A stretch of DNA of 64,000 nt from Candidatus Aminicenantes bacterium (GTDB lineage Bacteria; Acidobacteriota; Aminicenantia; Aminicenantales; JAFGAV01), in the NCBI GenBank assembly GCA_963702835.1, contig OY969762.1:2278427-2342426 (forward strand), in the 5' to 3' direction. Below, piece by piece: positions 43,085 through 53,679 of the stretch. The notes under the pieces were generated by a model. That model had not been told where the DNA came from. It ran no database searches and was given only the letters and a program-made list of their open reading frames with translations. Positions within the stretch are counted from its first letter, which is position 1, and each line of letters begins with the position of its first letter. A program made the translations under genes and the position numbers.

Positions 43085-43146
43085 GGAGATGCAACTGTAT
43101 TCCGATTTATTGATGGCCCTCCCTCTTTATGATAAAATTCGGCGCG

Positions 43147-44145
43147 ATGAAGACCTCCGTTTCTCCTAAGCTCTCCGTCGTCATCCCGGTTTACAACGAA
43201 GAGGGCAACCTCGAATCCCTTTACCGCGAACTGAAAGAAGTCTGCAGCGGAGTGGGCCGGAGCTATGAGATCATCTTCGTGGACGACGGGAGCGGCGACG
43301 GGTCCTTCCTGGTCCTGGCCTCACTCCAGAAAAAGGACCGTATGGTCAAGGTCCTCCGCCTTAGAAAAAACTTCGGCCAAACGGCGGCCCTCTCGGCGGG
43401 GTTCGACTACGCCCGGGGCGAGGTCATCGTCTCCTTGGACGCCGACCTTCAGAATGACCCCCGCGACATCCCCAGCCTACTGGCTAAAATAGAGGAGGGC
43501 TACGATATCGTCAACGGCTGGCGCCGAAAAAGAAAAGACCGCTTCCTCACCCGGCGCTTGCCGTCCTCCTTGGCCAACTGGCTCATCGCCCGCATGACCG
43601 GCATTAAACTTCACGACTTCGGCTGCACGCTCAAAGCCTTCCGCAGCGAAGTGATCAAGAGCATCAGGCTCTACGGCGAGCTCCACCGCTTCATCCCGGC
43701 CATCGCCAGCAACATCGGCGTGCGCATCGCCGAGCTTCCGGTCAACCACCGGCCGCGCCTCCGCGGCAAATCCAAATACTCCATTTTCCGTTTCGTCAAG
43801 GTCATCCTGGACATGCTCACCGTTCGTTTCCTGATGAGCTATTCCACCCGGCCCCTGCAGATCTTCGGGCTGTTTGGATTGATCAGCGGCCTGGTCGGCA
43901 TCCTCCTGCTGGCCGTCATGAGCTATCAGCGCCTGGTGCTGAAGGTCGGCCTGGGCAACCGGCCGCTTCTCCTGGGGGCCATCCTGCTGACCATGCTGGG
44001 CGTCCAATTCATCACTCTGGGCCTGCTGGCCGAGATCATGGTCCGCGCCTACCACGAGGCCACAGGCAAAACCATCTATTTTATCCGGCAGGTCCTTGAC
44101 GCCGGCGCGCCGAAGTCCAGGCCAAAGCCTTCCCAATTCCCGTGA
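43147..44145 (+). CDS. GT2 glycosyltransferase (ArnC/GtrB-like)
   Basis: SVVIPVYNEE, DDGSGD, NFGQTAA, DADLQNDP, two C-terminal TMs. Confidence 0.92.
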   Translation: MKTSVSPKLSVVIPVYNEEGNLESLYRELKEVCSGVGRSYEIIFVDDGSGDGSFLVLASLQKKDRMVKVLRLRKNFGQTAALSAGFDYARGEVIVSLDADLQNDPRDIPSLLAKIEEGYDIVNGWRRKRKDRFLTRRLPSSLANWLIARMTGIKLHDFGCTLKAFRSEVIKSIRLYGELHRFIPAIASNIGVRIAELPVNHRPRLRGKSKYSIFRFVKVILDMLTVRFLMSYSTRPLQIFGLFGLISGLVGILLLAVMSYQRLVLKVGLGNRPLLLGAILLTMLGVQFITLGLLAEIMVRAYHEATGKTIYFIRQVLDAGAPKSRPKPSQFP

Positions 44146-44161
44146 CCGGGGCGGGGTCTTG

Positions 44162-45328
44162 ATGAACATCCTGATGCTTGCACCCGAGCCGTTTTTCCAG
44201 CCGCGGGGCACGCCCATCAGCGTATACTTCCGTCTCAAAGCGCTTTCCGACCTCGGCCACCGGGTGACTCTGATCACTTACCCCTTGGGCCAGGACAAGG
44301 CCTTTCCCCGGCTGAAGATCGTGCGGCTGCCCAGCCTGCCGGGGCTGCGCGCCATCAAGATCGGCCCGTCGCTGGCCAAGATTCCCCTGGACGTCCTCCT
44401 CTGCGCCCGGGCCTTCGGGGAGATGGCCAAGGGCGGCACCGACCTCATCTTCTCCCATGAGGAAGCCGCTCTGTTCGGCGTCTGGCTGGCCCGGCTCTTC
44501 CGGCGTCCGCACCTCTATGACATGCACTCCAGCCTGCCCCAGCAGCTGGAAAATTTTAATTTTTCCCGCTCTGCCTTGCTCAAGACAATCTTCAGCCGGA
44601 TCGAACGGTATGTGCTCAAACACTCCGGGTCGGTCATCGTCATCTGCCGGGACCTTGAGCGTCAGGTGGACAGGATGGGCTACGGCGGCAAAGCCGTCTT
44701 CCTGGAAAATTTCCTCGATTTTGACGCTCCTCCCCCGACGGCCGTGGAAATCCGGGCCAAGAGGGAAGAGCTTGCGCCCGGAGGAGAAAGGATTGTGCTT
44801 TACGCCGGAAATTTCCAGCACTACCAGGGGATCCCCCTCCTCCTGGAAGCGGCCTCGCGCCTCAAGGAAGGAGCCGTTTTTGTCCTGGTGGGCGGAAGCG
44901 GTGAAGAGCTCAGAGCGATGCAGGCCAGAGCGCAGGCCTTGGGGCTCAAAGGTCGCGTGGTCTTCGTGGACCGCGTCCCGCCCGACCGGGTCCCGCTGTT
45001 CATCGCCTCGGCCGACGTGCTCGTATCGCCTCGCCTGGCCGGGACGAACACTCCGTTGAAAATCTATTCTTTCCTGAAATCAGGCAAGCCTCTGGTGGCT
45101 ACCGACCTGTGGACCCATACCCAGGTGGTGGATAGCCAGATCGCCGTCCTGGTCCAGCCCGACCCTCAAAGCCTGGCCGAGGGGCTCGCCTTTGCCCTCT
45201 TCGACCCGAAGGCCCGGGACCGGGCCAGGCAGGCCAAAGCCCTGGCCGGCCGGGAATACACTCTTCAAGCCTATCTCCGCAAAATGAAGGAGGCTCTGGA
45301 TAAAGCCTGCTCTTCAACGGCAGCCTGA
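44162..45328 (+). CDS. GT4 glycosyltransferase
   Basis: APEPFFQPRGTP, YAGNFQHYQG, TNTPLKIYSF. Confidence 0.88.
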   Translation: MNILMLAPEPFFQPRGTPISVYFRLKALSDLGHRVTLITYPLGQDKAFPRLKIVRLPSLPGLRAIKIGPSLAKIPLDVLLCARAFGEMAKGGTDLIFSHEEAALFGVWLARLFRRPHLYDMHSSLPQQLENFNFSRSALLKTIFSRIERYVLKHSGSVIVICRDLERQVDRMGYGGKAVFLENFLDFDAPPPTAVEIRAKREELAPGGERIVLYAGNFQHYQGIPLLLEAASRLKEGAVFVLVGGSGEELRAMQARAQALGLKGRVVFVDRVPPDRVPLFIASADVLVSPRLAGTNTPLKIYSFLKSGKPLVATDLWTHTQVVDSQIAVLVQPDPQSLAEGLAFALFDPKARDRARQAKALAGREYTLQAYLRKMKEALDKACSSTAA

Positions 45329-45329
45329 C

Positions 45330-46307
45330 ATGAAAACAAGAAGGGCCTTTGTGACGGGCGGTTCAGGTTTTATCGGCACTCATCTTATCCAGGACTTGCT
45401 TCAGCGCGCCTGGAAGGTGAGGGCCCTGGTCCATCACCGGCCGCTCCCGGCGGCCGACGGGCTGGAGGTCGTCCAGGGCGATATTCGGGATTTCGACCTC
45501 ATCCGAAAATGCCTGAGAGACATCGATGTTGTTTTCCATTTGGCCTCCGCTCTTGGATTCACCTTGATCGGCCGGGAGGAATTCTTCGGGATCAACGCCG
45601 GGGGCACGGAGACCGTGCTCAAGGCGGCGCAAGAAGCGGCCGTGGGGAGGGTTGTCCACTTCAGCTCGGCCGGCGTGCTGGGACATGTGAGGTCGGGACA
45701 GGTGGCCGATGAAAATCATCCCCTCGACCCGCAGGACATCTACGACCAGAGCAAGCTCGAGGGAGAGCGGATCGCCCGGCGCTATGCCCAGCAAGGCCTG
45801 GATCTGGTGATCATCAGGCCGGGCTGGGTCTATGGGCCGGGTGACCGGCGGACTTTCAAGCTGGTCAAATCCATCGCCGGCGGCCGGTTTTTTCTGCCCG
45901 GACCGGGACGGACACTCCAGACGCCCGTCCATATTCGGGACCTCCTGGCCGGAACACATCTGTGCGCGGAACGGGGACGGAAAGGCGAGACCTATAACCT
46001 GGCCGGCGCACAGGTCTTGCCCGTCCGGGATATCGTGGCCGCCATCGCCCGGGCCGCCGGCCGAAAGCCGCCCCGCCTCCGCCTGCCCCTTCTGCCGGTG
46101 AAGACAGCCGCCCGGCTCATGGGCGGCGCGTTCTCCCTGATAAAAAAAGAAGCTCCCCTCAGCCTGTCCCGTCTGGCCTTCTTCATCCACCCCAAGCCCC
46201 TGTCCATCCATAAAGCGGCCGACGAATTGGATTACAAGCCGCTGATCGAATTCGAGGAGGGGATGCGGGAAACGGTCCGCTGGTATCGGGACAACGGCTG
46301 GCTGTAA
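45330..46307 (+). CDS. NAD-dependent epimerase/dehydratase
   Basis: VTGGSGFIG, YDQSK, RPGWVYGPGD. Confidence 0.92.
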   Translation: MKTRRAFVTGGSGFIGTHLIQDLLQRAWKVRALVHHRPLPAADGLEVVQGDIRDFDLIRKCLRDIDVVFHLASALGFTLIGREEFFGINAGGTETVLKAAQEAAVGRVVHFSSAGVLGHVRSGQVADENHPLDPQDIYDQSKLEGERIARRYAQQGLDLVIIRPGWVYGPGDRRTFKLVKSIAGGRFFLPGPGRTLQTPVHIRDLLAGTHLCAERGRKGETYNLAGAQVLPVRDIVAAIARAAGRKPPRLRLPLLPVKTAARLMGGAFSLIKKEAPLSLSRLAFFIHPKPLSIHKAADELDYKPLIEFEEGMRETVRWYRDNGWL

Positions 46308-46471
46308 GGAGGCCCGAAATCCTGGCCATAATTAAATGTATTCCCCTGAAATAATGAGCCTCAAATTATTCTAATAAATACCCCGGTTTGATAACGAAAG
46401 GATCTGCTTCCGTGTGAATCCAGGGAAGCTGTCAAGCGGCTGGGGAGCTGTCTACAGTCTTGCCCTATAGG

Positions 46472-47329
46472 TCAGGAGCGGCCGGCCGAGGGAGCGGGCG
46501 AGAGGGCGCGGCTCTTGACCAGTTCGTCGATATCGATACCCTTCTTGGAAAAATATTGGCGGATATAATCCCGGACAACTGATTCCTGTTTCTTGATGAT
46601 GTAGTCGACGGTCTTCTCCTCATCCTGCTCGACGAGTTTGCCGAAAAGGTTTCGCTTCCAGTGGATGAGCCAGCCGGAGAAACACATGGGCTGGGACCGG
46701 TGGAACATGTCCTTGGTCATCATGCCCTTGAGCTTTTTGCTGTGATCCAGGCTGAGATAATCGATGTCGAACCCCAGCTCGCTGAGCTTGGCCCGGCGCT
46801 CTTCGCGGCTCCCAAAATCATAGACGGGGGTGAGGAACTCGGCGTTGTAGCTGCGGGCGAACTCTTTGTGGCGGTTGACGACGCTGGGAAAATTTTCCGC
46901 CGTCCCGGCCAGGTTCTCCGGGCCGGGTATCTGCTCGCGATTCGAACCGTCGGCGTAGCCGGCCAGGTTGTTCTCCAGGGCATAGATCAGACCGCCGGCG
47001 TTCATGGCCATCCGGCAGCCGACACACCAGCAGGTCTCCATATTATAGGTCTTGCGGTCCCGGCGGAGCTTCTTGACCGAAACGGCCTTAACCAGTTTTT
47101 TCAGCTTGATGACCTGATGTGTGATCCGCTCCGGGCCGAAGGTGTTCTGCAGGCGCTGGACATTGGGCAGGTTGTTCTTGACGCCGAACTCCAGGTAGCC
47201 CTTGTCGAAAGTGATGAGGTGGACCTTATCGTATTTTTGCTGGAGCAGGACGGAGGCCAGCAGAGAGTCTATTCCTCCCGAAAACATGACCGCGGCTTCA
47301 TTCTTGACCGCCATAGAACTCTCCTTCAA
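46472..47329 (-). CDS. PP-loop ATP pyrophosphatase (LarE/QueC-like) with CxxC motif
   Basis: FSGGIDS; WCVGCR...YADGSN; QPMC. Start may be the ATG at 47314. Confidence 0.7.
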   Translation of the reverse strand: MKESSMAVKNEAAVMFSGGIDSLLASVLLQQKYDKVHLITFDKGYLEFGVKNNLPNVQRLQNTFGPERITHQVIKLKKLVKAVSVKKLRRDRKTYNMETCWCVGCRMAMNAGGLIYALENNLAGYADGSNREQIPGPENLAGTAENFPSVVNRHKEFARSYNAEFLTPVYDFGSREERRAKLSELGFDIDYLSLDHSKKLKGMMTKDMFHRSQPMCFSGWLIHWKRNLFGKLVEQDEEKTVDYIIKKQESVVRDYIRQYFSKKGIDIDELVKSRALSPAPSAGRS

Positions 47330-47367
47330 AGATTGTCCCCCTCATTATTCACGGACAAAAGAAATAT

Positions 47368-47550
47368 TCAAGCATTGTTCGGGCCGGCCGATTTATTGAT
47401 GACCGGCTGGATGTAGGCCCGACGGCTGATCTTCTGTTTGATGCGACGCACGCAGCAGCCGCCCTGATAAAACCACAGGAAGATGAGGCCCCCGATGACC
47501 AGGGCGATGAAGCCCACCAGGGACAGCAGTACAATCAGAAACGTGCTCAT
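47368..47550 (-). CDS. Small single-TM protein with GGCC motif
   Basis: GAGAGGAG RBS; 60 aa; directly upstream of the PP-loop gene. Confidence 0.6.
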   Translation of the reverse strand: MSTFLIVLLSLVGFIALVIGGLIFLWFYQGGCCVRRIKQKISRRAYIQPVINKSAGPNNA

Positions 47551-47777
47551 GGAAACTCCTCTCCGGCTTCTTCCTTACTATTTCCATAGGAATAATATAC
47601 AGAAGGCCGCCCGCTGTCAAGATTTTTTTATTTTCTTTCAAATCCTGTCGGCCGTCCCACGGACAGGGGCCAGGCGGTCTGGCTCCCCCTTTCCATTTAA
47701 GGCCGATGGGCAGCCTATGAAAGGGAGCATTCCAAAAAATTGACTTCACCAACAGGGGCCGCTAAGATAAGGGGACT

Positions 47778-48563
47778 TTGAGGACCGCACCCGCCCTGAA
47801 TAAGGAACGCGTGGGAAGTTTCTACGACGTGGTTTGGACGGAGTACATCCCCGAGTACGAGGCCTCGGAGAAACACTGGCTGCTCTTCTACGGCCCGGAA
47901 GAAGTCCGTCATAAAACAGTCCTAGACGCCGGCTGCGGCACGGGCATCTTCAGCATCATTTTTGCCCGCAACGGAGCGGCCCAGGTGACCGGGATCGACA
48001 TCAGCCCCGGCAGCCTGGAGACGGCCCGCAACCTGGCCAAGCGATTCAATCTTAAAAACACCGACTTCGGCAGCAGGACATGCTCCGCCTTCCCTTGGCC
48101 GACGCCTGCTTCGATATCGTTTGGGCCTGGGGCACGGTCCACCACACGACCAACCCGCTGGCAGCCGTCTCCGAGCTCCTCCGGGTCCTCAAGCCGGGCG
48201 GCTCGATCCTGCTGGCCATCTATAAAAAGACTAGGGTCACCTTCATCCACGAGATCATCCGCAAAACACTCATCCGCACCCCGCGCTGGTCCTGGACGAC
48301 GCTCTCCAAGGTCATGGCCGTCTTCCTGGCGCCGGTCGTCTTCCTCTTCAAGAAGCGTGAAAAATCACGAAAAGGCGAGAAGCTCGAGGAGCTCATCCTG
48401 GACTGGTACTTTGTTCCCATTCGGCACCACTACCGGCCGGAGGAGATCGAGACGCTTCCTCAAGGGCCAAGGCTTGAAAGTGGAGAAGTTCCTAGCCGCC
48501 TCGGGCCGCTTCGACAGTTCTTCGAATTTCATCTACAAGGCGCGCAAACCAGCCAATTTCTAG
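47778..48563 (+). CDS. Class I SAM-dependent methyltransferase with two compensating frameshifts (~48068, ~48455)
   Basis: LDAGCGTG in one frame, FDIVWAWGTVHHT...VLKPGG in another, then return to the original frame at FLKGQG. Confidence 0.8.
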   Translation: MRTAPALNKERVGSFYDVVWTEYIPEYEASEKHWLLFYGPEEVRHKTVLDAGCGTGIFSIIFARNGAAQVTGIDISPGSLETARNLAKRFNLKNTDFGSRTCSAFPWPTPASISFGPGARSTTRPTRWQPSPSSSGSSSRAARSCWPSIKRLGSPSSTRSSAKHSSAPRAGPGRRSPRSWPSSWRRSSSSSRSVKNHEKARSSRSSSWTGTLFPFGTTTGRRRSRRFLKGQGLKVEKFLAASGRFDSSSNFIYKARKPANF

Positions 48564-48582
48564 AGTTCTTGCCTAGGAGAAA

Positions 48583-48825
48583 GGCCGGCCGGGGTTGTCC
48601 GAAGCGACCATGTGAGGGTTTAGCCTTCACGAGGCGTCCTTGGAGGAAACCCGGTTTCCGGGCGCCGAGGATGTCTGAGCTTGACGTTGACATCATTCCC
48701 CTTTTTATTGGCAACAAACGGTGTGAGGAGCGTCAAGCGAGCCTGCGAGTTCCGCAGGCGCCGAGAAGGACGCCGAGTGAACGGCGTGAAAAACCCGAAC
48801 GGGAGCGAGGGCACCTCGGCCGGCC
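48583..48825. repeat. ~240-bp imperfect palindrome between convergent genes
   Basis: Nested arms GGCCGGCCG/CGGCCGGCC, TTCAC..GGCGTCCTT/AAGGACGCC..GTGAA, GCTTGACG/CGTCAAGC. Confidence 0.6.
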
Positions 48826-48844
48826 GCCCCACACAGAATGGGCC

Positions 48845-49612
48845 TTATTCCGGCGGCGGCTGGCGGCGGTCCCAAATCTTTTTGACCCGGCTGCCGGCGA
48901 CCACGCTGTATTCGGGCAGGGAATGGGTGACCACCGACCCGGCGCCCACCACCGTGCCCCGGCCGATGGTGACGCCGTCCAGGACGATGACGCCCGCGCC
49001 CAGCCAGACATCCTCGCCGATGTCGATCCCTCCCTTGGATAGGGAGGGCTGGAACATGATGGGGATGTCGAGGCGGTCCAGGCTGTGGTTGCCGCCCGCC
49101 ACCAGATAGCAATTCCCGGCCAGAAAGCAGTAGCGGCCCAGACGCACGCTGGTCTCGCTGAGGATGGTGCAGTGGGCGGAAATATTGCAGAAATCCCCCA
49201 CTTCGACGGACCCTTCCTTGCAGGAGAGGATGGCCCCCCGGCCGATATAGACGTTCTGGCCGATGGTCAGCCCCCGGTTGTTCCGCCCCTTGGCGTCCAG
49301 GACGACATCGTCGTCGATCACCGTCCGGCCGCCGAGGCGAATCTTATGAGGATGGCGGAAAGTGATGTTCCGGCCGAAGACCACACCCCGGCCGATCCGG
49401 CCGAAAAGTGTTGGATAGACGAGCCGGCGCAGGACCATTCCCGCGGCCCCCGGCAGCCGGGCGAAGAGCAGGTTGGCCAGCTCGTACCAGAGCAGTCCCG
49501 GCAGGCTCCGGCGGCCGTAGAACATCTGCGCATACTTGTCCGACAGGGGCCGGTCCTTGTCCATAAGCTCTTTCTGAGTGCTTCCGGGAAATTCGCTCAT
49601 CAGGGCGCTCAC
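48845..49612 (-). CDS. Hexapeptide-repeat (LbH) acyltransferase
   Basis: IGEDVWLGAGVIVLDGVTIGRGTVVGAGSVV. Confidence 0.9.
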   Translation of the reverse strand: MSALMSEFPGSTQKELMDKDRPLSDKYAQMFYGRRSLPGLLWYELANLLFARLPGAAGMVLRRLVYPTLFGRIGRGVVFGRNITFRHPHKIRLGGRTVIDDDVVLDAKGRNNRGLTIGQNVYIGRGAILSCKEGSVEVGDFCNISAHCTILSETSVRLGRYCFLAGNCYLVAGGNHSLDRLDIPIMFQPSLSKGGIDIGEDVWLGAGVIVLDGVTIGRGTVVGAGSVVTHSLPEYSVVAGSRVKKIWDRRQPPPE

Positions 49613-51702
49613 TCCCCCGCCGGCTTGATGTCGATCCAGTCCAGGGTCAAGGCGGCCTGGCCGCTGTACACAAAATCCAGCCTCAGCTTGGAGGCGCGGG
49701 ACAGGATGAACTCCGCCGAAGCCTGTGCCTGGCCGGGCTGGAGGGAGATCGTCCGCAGCTTGGCCCCATCGGCCTGGTCCACGATTGTCAGGCCCAAGAT
49801 CTTCCTCGGCTCAGGCCCGCGAAGCTGGGCGGCGCTTCCCGCGGCCGGAGCCAAACGGAACTCCATCCGATAGTGTCCAGCCTCAAGCTCATTCGACATC
49901 CGGTAGCGGAAGACATCCCGGCCCTTTCCCGGCCGAAATTCCAGGGCGGCCTGCTTGGAAAATACATCCCCATAGACAATATCTGCCGACAAGGCCGACA
50001 GCCACTCGCCCTCGATGGTGTGGCGCTCCGCAGCCAGCACGGCCGGTTTCTCGTTCCACAGGAAGACGGCCGACATGCCGTCTCTTCCCTGGAAGACCAG
50101 CCGGCCCGGATCGGCCAGGATAAAATCGGCGATATCTTTAGAGATATGATCGCGCCGGTAGAGGGAGGGCGAGGCGATAAGCCAGACCCGCCGGCCGGGG
50201 TTCTCCTCAATCACCTTCTTCAGGCCGGCCAGGTCGTTCAGCCAGCGGGCCCCGACATAGAAATCGCGCCACCCCTCGGCCGTCTTCTCCCAGGCATCCC
50301 AGGTGCCCGGCCCGCCCGACCACAGCCAATAATCCACCCGTCCGGCATAGACGTAGCCGAAGACGACATGGATGGCCATGACGACATCATCCGGCTTCAG
50401 GAAATGCCGGACGTAGCCTCCGATGTCCCGGTGGTCGTAGTGCTCGAAACGGCCGGAGCGGGTGATGATTTCAGTGGCGATCGGGTCGCCGTACCGGCGC
50501 TGGACGATGGCCCTGACCCGGCTGAAACCGATGTTGTCGGCCAAGACAAAGGCGAACAGGGCGAAGAAGAGCAGCCCCAGGGCCCGGGAAGCCCTCCGCC
50601 CCCGAAGCGCCGGAATGAGGGGCCACAAAAATTCCTCGACCACGATGCGGCCCAGGACCAGGAGGCTCAGGCAGAAAAGGAGGATGAAGATGCTGTAGAG
50701 CTGGAAGAGATAGCGGGGCTGGACGTGAGTCCGGAAAAAGCCCAGGAAGAGCAGGGGGAAGAAAAGGCATATATTGAAAAAAAGCCAGCGCTCGCGGAAA
50801 AGGACGGACTTCTCCTCGTCCTGGCCGCCGGCCGGCGCCCGCCGCGCGCCCAGGCACAGGAACAGCCCGGCCAGGACCGTCAGGCTCATCCAGGGAAAGC
50901 TCTTGAAGAATTCCTTGAAGTAGCCCAGGGAGAAACCGGAGAAGAAATAATTGACCATCCCGCGCAAACTGCTGTCCGTTTTTTCATAGACGTAGCCCAC
51001 TTTCCAGAAGAAGAACTCGGAGACCTGCATAAAGCCGTAGAACGCGGTGACCAGGCCGAAGGGGACAAGGACATCCTTCTTCAGGAAGCGCCGGAGGCCC
51101 CGCAGGAAGAGGAGGGCCGGAAAGCAAAACCACAGCCCCATGCCCAACTGGTGGACTTGGGGAGTCAGGATAAACAGAACCACGGCCAGCCAGCGGCTCG
51201 GCTTGTGGTCCTCAAAAAAACCTTTATGGAAGACATAGAGGCTCAACAGACAGAAGAGCTGCAGCGGGGCGAAATACAGGGCCAGCCGGGCGTTCTCCAC
51301 CTCCCAGGGCGACAGGGCCAGGATGATGACCGCGGCCAGGCCAGCCCAGCGTGAAAAGTATTTCTTGACCATATGGAAGAGGAGGGGAAGGCTCAAGGCC
51401 ACGGCCAGCAGGCTGATGATGCGCAGGCTGAACTCGTTCTGGCCGAAGATGGCCGAGAGGAGGGCCAGGGCGTAGGTATAGAGAATGGCCTTGTAATAGA
51501 CATGGCCCGAGGGGAACAGCGGGTAGCCGTGTTTCAGGATGCTCTGGCTGGCGATGGCGTGGAAGCCTTCGTCCATCCACAGGGAAAGGGAACCCAGGTT
51601 GTGGAGGAGCAGCACGAAAAACACGCCGGTCAGGGCCAGGACCGCCGCCCACAGGAGCGCGTCAACCGGCTTCGGGTTTCCTTTTTTGCGGAAAGCGTTC
51701 AT
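49609..51702 (-). CDS. GT-C (ArnT/PMT-like, GT39/83) integral membrane glycosyltransferase
   Basis: SLWMDEGFH, EFSLRIISL, many TMs, soluble C-terminal domain. ATG at 51702. Confidence 0.82.
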   Translation of the reverse strand: MNAFRKKGNPKPVDALLWAAVLALTGVFFVLLLHNLGSLSLWMDEGFHAIASQSILKHGYPLFPSGHVYYKAILYTYALALLSAIFGQNEFSLRIISLLAVALSLPLLFHMVKKYFSRWAGLAAVIILALSPWEVENARLALYFAPLQLFCLLSLYVFHKGFFEDHKPSRWLAVVLFILTPQVHQLGMGLWFCFPALLFLRGLRRFLKKDVLVPFGLVTAFYGFMQVSEFFFWKVGYVYEKTDSSLRGMVNYFFSGFSLGYFKEFFKSFPWMSLTVLAGLFLCLGARRAPAGGQDEEKSVLFRERWLFFNICLFFPLLFLGFFRTHVQPRYLFQLYSIFILLFCLSLLVLGRIVVEEFLWPLIPALRGRRASRALGLLFFALFAFVLADNIGFSRVRAIVQRRYGDPIATEIITRSGRFEHYDHRDIGGYVRHFLKPDDVVMAIHVVFGYVYAGRVDYWLWSGGPGTWDAWEKTAEGWRDFYVGARWLNDLAGLKKVIEENPGRRVWLIASPSLYRRDHISKDIADFILADPGRLVFQGRDGMSAVFLWNEKPAVLAAERHTIEGEWLSALSADIVYGDVFSKQAALEFRPGKGRDVFRYRMSNELEAGHYRMEFRLAPAAGSAAQLRGPEPRKILGLTIVDQADGAKLRTISLQPGQAQASAEFILSRASKLRLDFVYSGQAALTLDWIDIKPAGE

Positions 51703-51757
51703 CTCTGCGTCGGATAGGGAAAAACAGCCTCTTGGCTCCCCGGAGCGGACCCCTCGT

Positions 51758-52759
51758 TCACTCGGACTCGGCCTCCGCCCCAGGCCGTCGCGAGAGAATG
51801 CCCTCCACGGTATAGATCTTGATCCGGTGAGTGGTGAAGTAGATGCGGGAGATGACTTCGGCCAGCAGGCCGGTGAGAACAAGCTGAAGCCCGACGATCA
51901 TCATAAAAACGGCAAAAAGCAGGTTGCCCAGGTTATCCCGGATAGGCCAGCCGAAGAAATAATGCCCTAGGGTGAGGACCAGGGCCAGGCCGAACCCCAG
52001 GCCGCCCAGTATAAAGCCCACCAGCCCGAAGAGTTGCAGCGGCCGGTCGACGAAGCTGACTAGGAACTTGACCGTCAGCAGGTCGAACAACACCCGCCGC
52101 ACCCGGGAAAGCCCGTACTTGGATTTCCCCTTCTGTCGGACGATGTTGGTGATGGGGATTTCGACGATCTTTACCCCTGTCTTGCTGATGAGGGCCGGGA
52201 TGAAACGATGGAGCTCGCCGTAGAGGCGCAGGTCTTTGAGCACTTCCCGGCGGTAGGCCTTGAAGGTGGTGCCGAAATCGTGGATGGGCACGCCCGACAG
52301 GCGCTTCATCATCCGGTTGGCCACCCAGGAGGGCACCTTGCGCAGGATGAAGTTGTCCTTGCGCTTCTTCCTCCAGCCGCTGACGATGTCGTAGCCCTGG
52401 TCGATCTTCTCCAGGAACTGAGGGATTTCGGCCGGGTCATGCTGCAGGTCGCCGTCCATGGAAATAACGATTTCGCCCCGGGCGTGAATCGAACCCGGCC
52501 TGGAGGCCGGCCGTCTGGCCGAAGTTGCGGCGGAGCTTGAATGACATGGACGCGCGGGTCCTGGCGGTGCAACTTCCCCAGCAGGACGTGGGTCGAGTCG
52601 CGGCTGCCGTCGTCGATGAAAATAAGCTCATAAGTCCGTCCGATCTTCTCCAGCACGGCGTTCAGCCGGCGGTAGATCTCCTCGACATTGTCCTCCTCGT
52701 TGATAGAAGGGGATGACGACCGAAAGGTAGGGCCTTGTGTCCTTGCCGTTTTTCTTCAT
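51758..52759 (-). CDS. GT2 glycosyltransferase (ArnC/GtrB-like) with three +1 frameshifts (~52703, ~52541, ~52487)
   Basis: SVVIPFY/NEE, IDDGSRD, RRNFGQTAG and MDGDLQHDP are spread over three frames. Confidence 0.82.
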
Positions 52760-52767
52760 GTTCGTTT

Positions 52768-53616
52768 TCACAGGTCGTGGAAGCTGATGAACCGCACGCC
52801 GCGGCGGCGGGCCGTCTCGGGCAGGCCGGGGTCGAGCAAAGCCCGCAGCTCGCTCTCCCGGTAGCGGTTGATGTAGTAGGTCCCCACCGTCGTTTCCAAC
52901 TCCCGCAGCTCTTCGGTGACGAACCCCGGGTGGGCCATGATCTCGGCCGACCCGTCCTTAAGGCCCCCTAACATCTTCCGCAGCCGGCCGGCCGTCATGC
53001 GGCCGCTATTACATATACCATAAAAGCGGTCGGCAATCACCAGGCCGCGGCGGCGGATTTTCCGGGCGGCCAGCCGACAGGACAGGGACAAGAAGAGGGC
53101 CTTGAGGGACTGCCCCAGGGGCCCGGACAGCGCATACTCCTTGATGAAGCGGACCTTCTTGATTCCGTAGGCATCGGACAGCTTGAGGACGACATCCATC
53201 AAGGGGGGAAGGACATGGATATTCTTTTCGCTGTCGAAATGGCTGAGGCGGACTCCGGCGGCCAGGGCTTTCTCCACCTGGGCCCGGCCTTCCCTCTCCA
53301 GGTCTTCTTTCTTGATCCGGCCCGAAAAAAGCCGGCGGACCACGGCCGCGGCGCTCCTGAAGAACAAACCGTCCGAGCCGACCAGGCTGGCGATTTGGCC
53401 CGGCGGCAAGACCGGCCGGCCGCGAACGAAATTCAGGTGCAGGCCGATTCCCAGCCGGGGATGGCGGCGGGACAGCTCGACGGCATGCTCGAACCCGGGC
53501 GTATTGGCCATGAGTGTGGCGCTGGTCAAAATGCCCTTGGTGTGGGCCAAAATGACGCCTTCATTGACGCAGCGGCATAGGCCGAAGTCGTCGGCATTGA
53601 CGATGACTCGCTTCAT
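52768..53616 (-). CDS. ChbG/HpnK (YdjC) family carbohydrate deacetylase
   Basis: IVNADDFG, GLHLN, EIMAHPG. ATG at 53616. Confidence 0.88.
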   Translation of the reverse strand: MKRVIVNADDFGLCRCVNEGVILAHTKGILTSATLMANTPGFEHAVELSRRHPRLGIGLHLNFVRGRPVLPPGQIASLVGSDGLFFRSAAAVVRRLFSGRIKKEDLEREGRAQVEKALAAGVRLSHFDSEKNIHVLPPLMDVVLKLSDAYGIKKVRFIKEYALSGPLGQSLKALFLSLSCRLAARKIRRRGLVIADRFYGICNSGRMTAGRLRKMLGGLKDGSAEIMAHPGFVTEELRELETTVGTYYINRYRESELRALLDPGLPETARRRGVRFISFHDL

Positions 53617-53679
53617 GGACAGGCCAATTATAATTAAGGCAATTTCAAAATCAAATAAAAGCAGGTACAATGGCCCCCG

